Shown: positions 57,385 through 64,000 of the stretch, in pieces
Layout: every line of letters begins with the position of its first letter
How positions within the stretch are numbered: the stretch's first letter is position 1
Assembly: GCA_964291215.2 (NCBI GenBank)
Contig: OZ219790.1
Location: forward strand, 2,368,001 to 2,432,000
Direction: 5' to 3'
Length of the DNA: 64,000 bases
Source of the DNA: Alphaproteobacteria bacterium
Lineage (GTDB): Bacteria > Pseudomonadota > Alphaproteobacteria > MPNO01 > UBA830
Program-made: the position numbers and the translations under genes
Notes under the pieces: generated by a model
Told to the model about the DNA's origin: nothing
What the model saw: the letters and a program-made list of their open reading frames with translations, nothing else
The model's database searches: none

Positions 57385-59514
57385 CTGCCTATTAGTCACA
57401 AATCGCGCAGGGCATGATTATGTCCTTGCGATGTCGGCTCCAGATCGAGGGCATCGAGCAGGCATTCATAGGCCAGCGCCGCGGTGGCCAGTCGCGGATA
57501 GCCACATCGTCTGGTCGCCCAGTAGCGGATCATGCTTGCGGTTCAGATATCCGCCGAGGATCGCCACCAGCTTCACCGCCGCCCCCAGCGTGGGTCCAGC
57601 CGGTATCGCCGGGCATAGTCACCGAGGAATCGGAGTTCCAGGTCCGAGAACAAGCAGTCGGGCTTCATCGTCGGCACGTCCCGCCCGAGCAGGGTCATCA
57701 GGGCAAGACGCCAGGCGATCACGGCATGGATGGTGATCTGCCGTTCCAGCCGGCAGGCCTTGCGCGTCGCCAGGTGCTCCACCCGGCAGCCGGACTTAAG
57801 CACCCGGAACCAGCAGCGCAACACGTACCAGCCGACGACCTCCCGCGCCGCGTGGTCCACCGGAAGGTCGGTCAACAGGAACCATTCCACCGGAGCTTCC
57901 CCGGCCGGCGGGTCCGTCTCGAGGAGATGCAGCGCGGTCACGGGCGCCGCATCGGGGCAGCCGGCAGCGCGGTCGACAACCAGCGCAATTCCAGCACCGC
58001 GTTCCGCCGGGGAGTGCGTTGCTTCTTGCGCCCCGAGGACTTCGGCCGGGCCGTCAGGCGGGGAATGTCGATCTGCATGGTGCCGCGGCAGGCGCGCAGC
58101 CGGGCAAACAGCTTCGCAGCCCCGCGCTTGAGGACCCGGTCATCCGCATGAGCATCGACAGACGGCGATGTTGCCGGTCGAACAGTTCGAAGAAGTCCGC
58201 TTCCCGCACGCACACGACCTTCACCCCGGTCGTCCGGGCCGCGAGGTCGTCGAGACCGTCGAGCCAGCGCTGCGACTTGCGCCGGGACATCTCGGTATCC
58301 TCGCCCGGGGCGCGGAGGAGCGTCGAAGGCAAGACGCGCCAGCGGCAGGCCTTCGCCGCTGACGACGTAGCTGGCGTGCAGGTACAGGGTCTGCGAGGCC
58401 GTCTGGTTCGTGCCGATGATGCCCGACCGTCGCAGACGAGTCGCGAAGTTCAGGTCCGTCCCGTCCTGAATGCACAACGCTACCCGCGCATCCGCTGCAC
58501 CGTTCGCTGACGGTGCGGCGCCAGGATGTTCGCCGGGGTCACCGCCGACATCTCTGGCTGATCCAGGAACCGATAACAGACCGGCAGGATCCGGGCGCCT
58601 GCTGCAGGACGACATCGGGCTCTCTCCCTGTCTTCGTGCAATCTCCACCAGGCGTGCGCTCAAACGCCGATCGGCGTTCCCCCGAACTCGTGGTGCGCCC
58701 ACATCGATGCCCTCCCCCGGGGACAGGGCCGGCTCCGCCACCCCCAGCTTCCGCCGCCAGTCCCGGTCCAGAACGTACATGTACACCGCCTTGACACTCT
58801 CGGCCATCTCGCGTGCGCGGTCCTGGCGGCCCCGGGTGAACCCCACGAGCTGCCGCCCGCAGGCTCGCACCGTCGGGTCGACACAGGTCTCGACCAGCCA
58901 GGGCAGGAACCTGTAGCGCTGCGAAACATCGGCGCGCAGGCGAGACAGGCACATCGACAGCGTCTTCGACGCAAGGTTCGGAACCGGCACCCGGATCAGA
59001 AACCGGCTCATCGACAACACCCGGTGCCGTTCCGCACGACGCTGGTCGGCATCCGATCTAGGCATCCCGATCCGCCACCTTCAGCGCCGCTGCCGCAAAG
59101 CCGAAACCGCCGAGACAGCCGTGAGCGGAATCCACCAGATAGCGCAGCTGATGACCGGCCAGGGTGGGGGCGCCGAGAAAGTGCTCCCGCGCCATCAGTT
59201 CGTTCCAGTGCGCCCGTGCCCGACGCCGCCGACCGGACGGCGCTGGCAAGCTCTCGATCCTGCCCTGCGATGCAAGCTGCTCCAAGGCCAACGACACAGC
59301 TGGATACCCGTCCCCGTGCGTCCCGCAGGCCGAAGTGCCGGCACACTACCAGCGCCAGGCGGTTTCGACTACTATCGCCGCTCTCGGTCACGATCGATTG
59401 CAGGCGATCGAGCTGGTCCTTGAGGACGCGTTTGATCGGAATGTGCGCTTCCATGCAGGGCACGGTGCACCATCCGAATTATCTCGTTCAGCACGATTTG
59501 TGACTAAAGGGTAG
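57385..59514 (-). mobile_element. IS4/DUF4338 element (degraded)
   Basis: TIRs CTGCCTATTAGTCACAAATCG / CGATTTGTGACTAAAGGGTAG; WNELMAREH..QLRYLV, SRFLIR..NLAS, IQDGTDLNF, FRVLKSGC. Confidence 0.82.
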
Positions 59515-59522
59515 GCCGAGCC

Positions 59523-61067
59523 CTGCCGTGTAGACATAAATCTACTAGGCGATGGTTTTTTGGCGATGCCCGCTGCGCCTGCCATGTTGGCGGGATTTAG
59601 GCGCGGTTCGGCTGCTGTCGCCGGCTTGAGCGGCGAGCGCGGGTGCAGCGGCTCGGGTAGCAAAAGACCCACTGAACAACTCCGGCGCGAAGAGTCGCGG
59701 CATGGCACAGTCACAGATTCAGTCCACGCGCGGCGGAGCCCCGGATTGCCGCGATTCTGGCGCGGGAGCGGTTTGGCAGCCGCCACACGCTCGGCCACCG
59801 TCTGTGCGAGGATTCAGGGACCGGCGGGCCGTTTGCAGCTTGCCGGTTGTCTGAAGGCTCTGCGGGCTCTGGGGGTGCGCTCGGAAGCAATTGTCCTTCC
59901 ACCGCCGCGGGCGGAATCGGTGCGCCCGTCGCTTCTGGAGACGCCGATAGCGCCTGCGGAGGGAGTTCCGGACCGGCTTTCGGAGGTTTGAGATTGCAGC
60001 GGTGGACACGCGCGCGGGCCGCCGGGTGTGGAACACGCTGATGACATACGAGCATCCGCGTGACGATGTTTGCCGGCTGCGCTATCTCGTTGGCTCCGGG
60101 CATGGTCTTTTGAGCGCAGTGGGGATTTCTGCCGCCGCGACTGTCGGCACGCGACCGGGGGTGGGACGAAGCGCAGCGGCGGGACAATCTTGACCGGATT
60201 GTCGGTCTGAGTCGTTTCCTGATCCGGCCGGGTGTTGCCAACCTTGTCAACCATGTGCTGGGGCGTGTTCTGCGGCGTCTGCCGAGGGACTCGAGGTGCG
60301 TTACGGTTTTCGGCCGTGGCTTGTCGAAACGTTTCTCGAGGATCAGGGGGCGAGCCTGCGCACGGCGAACTGTGTGCGTATTGGCGCGACGGCGGAGCGC
60401 GGCCGTCAGGATCGCGAGAACCGCGGCCGGTGAATTCATGTACGCGCCAGCGGCGGCGTCTGGGGGTTCCGGAGGCGGCGCCGGCGCTCGATCCAGGCGA
60501 GGGGCTTGGCGTGTGAGCGGCGAACGAGTTTAGAGGTGCGCGGTTGGGCGACAAGCGGTTGACGGCGCGGCTGGTCAAGAGCGCGACGCTGGCGTATCCG
60601 GGGTGCGCGCAATGTCGAGAGCGACGAGGCTGCGGTGAACGGTTTCTACCGGCTGATCGAGCATCCTGCGGACGTGACGGTCGAGAACATCCTCGCGCCG
60701 CACCGCGAGCGCACGGGCATGCGCGGACAGTCGACGGTGCTCGCGATGGCGCCGGTCTGAACTTCACGCGTCGTCCGTACGGCCTGCAGATCATCGGCAA
60801 GAACCAAACCGGCGCCCTGGGATTGCACCTGACGCTTGCGGTGAACGGGCTGCCGCTCGGCGCGCTGCGCTTCGACAAGGCGGACAGCGCGCGCAAGACC
60901 CGGCGCTGGGGCTCGAGGACACGCTCCGGGCGACGCGCGCGCTGACGCGCAAGACGCGGATGATCGCGGTGTGCGAGGCCGACTGTTTCGAGCAGTTCGA
61001 TGCCGGACGCCGCGGGTCGAACTGCTGGTGTGGGCCAAGCACGACCGCTGCCTGGCCGGCGAACCAA
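59523..61067 (+). mobile_element. IS4/DUF4338 element (heavily degraded, truncated)
   Basis: Left end CTGCCGTGTAGACATAAATC; WNTLMTYEHP..RLRYLVGS, SRFLIRP, LGDKRLTARLV. Confidence 0.72.
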
Positions 61068-61600
61068 GGTGATCCCATGCTTGTTGATGTGATGTGATCG
61101 GAGTCCTGATCGCGGCGCGGGTCGACGCGTTCGAGGCTGCGATTTTGAGATTTTCTGACGTGCTGTTACGGCGCGGGGCGCGATTGGTCGGCGTATCCGG
61201 GGCGAGCGAGAGGCCTTGGTTGCCGGGCTCGAAAGCTTGCAGTTTCTGTCGGGGAGAGAGGCGCGGTCAGCCTGGTCTTGTGATTGCGTGCAGGACCTGC
61301 TTGCGCTTGTTGGCATAGTGGCGTCGACGAAGCTGTTGAAGGGTTTGGGCAGCTTGCGTTTGTTGCGGATGATGACGGCGAGGGTGATCGCGTTGTTTGC
61401 GGGCGAGTTCGGAGCATGGAGTCGTCTTCGCGGAAGGTGGCATCGCGGACATGATGATGGCTCTCGACTACCCAGTGTCCGCGATTCCATGCGAGCAACT
61501 GTTGCGGCGAGGCGCGTTCGACCGAGCATCCATGTTTCTTGGCAAGGTTTTTGCGGGTGTCTGTGGTGATGTTTTCTGTGGTTGTCCACAAGCGGTATGG
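61068..61600 (-). mobile_element. ISAs1-family 3' remnant
   Basis: LLAWNRGHWVVE..HHVRDATFRED; end GGTGATCCCATGC. Confidence 0.72.
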
Positions 61601-61849
61601 GATTTGCTCTGCGAGCGAGGCGACATGAAGCTTGTGGTCCCGGCGGCGGGTTGCCGTCCATTGGTCACGTGAACGCGGCTACCTTGCCGTCCCCGGGCAC
61701 GTGACCGTCCGGGTCCAGGTGTCCCAAGGCGGTTCGATCTCCTCAATGTCGGCCTCGACGATGATCTGCAGACATTCTCCCCAAGTCGTGTCGTAGAGGG
61801 AGACTGTCGAGACAGTCCCGATCGCGCTCTCGGCAGGGCCGTGTCTCCT

Positions 61850-62580
61850 TCGCTCGCTCACCGGTGCTTCAGGCAACGCTGCTGTCGCAGCAAGGTGTTC
61901 GCCAGAGCTTGCGCATCACGGCGACAATCGCGACCTTGCTTGCCGGCAGTCTTGAGGCGCACCAGGTCCGCGTTGAAGCGGGCCGGTCGCGGCCATGAAC
62001 AGGAGATCATGTGGCCTTCGGCGCCCGCCTCGGATATGCCGAGCACCGTGGTCGTTGGCGCCACCCCGATCAAGGCTGCCGACGCTGCCGAGTTCGGGCA
62101 TCCAGAAGGGCCGCGGCGGTCACCGGACCGGGGATCGAGGTCAGGGTACCTCTGCTCGGGATCACCGGCGATCACCGCTTTGATCGCCGCGCCGGCAATG
62201 CGGTCATCGAGATCGGCCGCTGAGGCCCTTGTGACGGTCTCGCCATCCACCTCATCTGCCACCTGCTTGGCGTCGACAAGCGCGGCACCAGGAGATCCTC
62301 CAGGCTCTTGAGGAAGGCGGAGCCACAGGCTCAAGATCGCCCAGCCGATCTTGGCGTCGACGCGGTTGGCCCATCGCCTCGGCGAAGCGCCCGCAACGGG
62401 TTGACGAGAACAACCTCGAAGCCCCGGTCATGAAGACACTGGTGAACCTTGTGGTGATAGCGGCCTGTCGCCCACCACCCGGCTCACCCCGAGGCCGCGA
62501 AGCCACCTGCCCGTGGCGTCGTTCGCAAAACAATGCGCCAGATGTCCAGACTGGCTGACCCCTGCTACTACCTTGACCAT
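61850..62580 (-). mobile_element. IS110-family transposase remnant
   Basis: MVKVVAGV.., ATGRYH..VLVNPLRA..FAEAMG..DRVDA, RLKTAGK..LANTLLR, spread across frames. Confidence 0.7.
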
Positions 62581-62799
62581 CGCTCCTCGCCTTACGATGA
62601 TACGGGTTCAAACCCAAGCATCCAGCGAGGGACGTCAAGGGAGGTTGCCAAACTCGGACGCGGCTCTGTCAAGGGTCAAAACGGCAACCTCCGCGGAGAT
62701 CCTTTGATCCCCGCTCCCCTGTGCATGTTCGCTCAGGGGAGCGTAATCTCTCTGCAACCATAGCTCTCCCACAGATCCACATTTTCCCGCCCCCAACGC

Positions 62800-64000
62800 T
62801 GTGGATGATTTCATCATCAAGGGGACAAAACCTGGTCATATGGCGTGTTCGGTTTTCCGGATTTCCTGAATTCGACGCGCCGGGTGACGCGGAAGATCTG
62901 CTTGACTAGTTGATCATCTTCGCCAGCGGGGTGAAAATGGTGCGCTGGCGGCCATGCGCGGGCTTTTCGTTGTAGCGTTGGCGGTCTTCCAGTTGATGCT
63001 CTCGAAGGTGCGTTGCCCTTGACCATCAGTCCGCGCGATGGGTCTCGATGATCAGCCTCGCGGGTGGTGTGGAGCGCGTCGAGGGTGAGCAGACGGCCGT
63101 CGCGGCGTGGACGGCAGCGATCTCCCCGCCGTGACAGTTGAGGATCGAATACCGGCCAGCGAGACCGTCTCGTAATGATCCTCGCCGGTGCGCTTGCCGT
63201 CGACCGCGTTGCCGACCTGCGGCTGCGCGCCGCGTCCTCAATCCATCCCGGGTCGGTAGCACCCGGTACACGGTGGAGACCGACTTGTCCCTGTTCTTCC
63301 ATGCTGCTCCAGCTCCTTCTGCGTCGTAGTGCGCCGCCGCAACCGCACCGTGCCGGTTCGCAAGCCAGCAAAATCACGCACAGCACCGAGGCGATGCCCC
63401 TGCGCACGCCGGAAAGCGCCGCTGATAAATCGAGCGCAACTCCTGCGCCGACCAGCGGCGCCCGCAACTCCCACGCCACAGGAAGCGGCGAACGATCCCG
63501 CAGCCGACATCGCGACGCAGCGGAAACACGTAAAGATCCTTCGCCTCCCCGGTCGGTATAGCGCCCGCTGGCGCGCGCATAGCTCCTGCCAACGCACTCC
63601 CAGTTCGCCGCCTTGTACATGGTGCCGCTGAACTTCGTCGGCAAGACAAACGACTCCGCAACAAGCAACGGCAGCCTCCCAGTCGCCGCCGCACCATCCG
63701 CGACAACGCAAACGAGGCAAGGCCCGGAAACGACCACCAGGAACAACAAACCTCGTGTTGTTCCCGGCAACCGCCTGAACTGTTCCTCGCGGCGCCAGCC
63801 AATCCAACGGGTGCGCAGCTGAGGGCGCCCGTCTGCCAGCCTGCAGTGCCAATCCACCGCCCGCGCCAGGTGAACACGCAGACCTCGACCGGCAAACTGC
63901 TTGAAACCAAGATACGGTCAACGACACGGTTCCAGCGACATCAGGCCGCGCAAGGCGCACAACCACATCCCGGAGCGCAAAACCCTCCGGAGTCGTCTCA
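62800..64000 (-). mobile_element. DUF4338 plus ISAs1-like transposase remnant
   Basis: RWIGW..NNTRF..VAESFV..FSGTMYKAANW (DUF4338), followed by LLTLDALHT..VKGN (ISAs1). Confidence 0.7.

Noticed and set aside
59814-61661. Long ORFs such as 59814-61661(-), 3533-5101(+), 31632-33194(-) and 11516-12799(+)
   Set aside because: These are antisense or shadow frames of real genes or IS remnants in high-GC DNA, with no recognisable motifs except the ISAs1 fragment already annotated.

Overview
High-GC alphaproteobacterial (Rhodospirillales-like) chromosomal window in two halves. Bases 1-16.5 kb are intact core or metabolic genes: a polysaccharide-deacetylase-family gene, a probable UGA-readthrough selenoprotein (AhpC/TSA fold, UxxC with a SECIS-like hairpin), a TPP-enzyme/Mo-hydroxylase pair, a ferritin-like protein, the conserved rplU-rpmA-obgE-proB-proA-nadD-rsfS-rlmH-gpmI-ctpA-rppH run, and tRNA-Ser(CGA). 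Bases 16.5-64 kb are a decayed island downstream of the tRNA. It holds an ICE/plasmid remnant (repC', parB, large serine recombinase, ardC, WGR, hicBA-like pair, Frpo-like hairpin), a porin and an inverted duplication of a Slam plus TbpB-like lipoprotein (type XI secretion) cassette. It also holds about 20 nested IS elements or fragments (IS66, IS1634, ISAzo13, IS4 and ISAs1 with DUF4338, IS30, IS256, IS1380, IS110). The strongest signal is that nearly every transposase ORF is riddled with short, partly copy-specific deletions, while IS ends, target duplications and the genes they interrupt are almost untouched. This is either a repeat-targeted deletion process or an assembly artefact. Other highlights are IS66 copies carrying a Dam-like methyltransferase leader, DUF4338-transposase fusions, a MITE family and an unnamed domain shared by two island proteins. 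All family assignments are from motif recognition by eye, not database searches.
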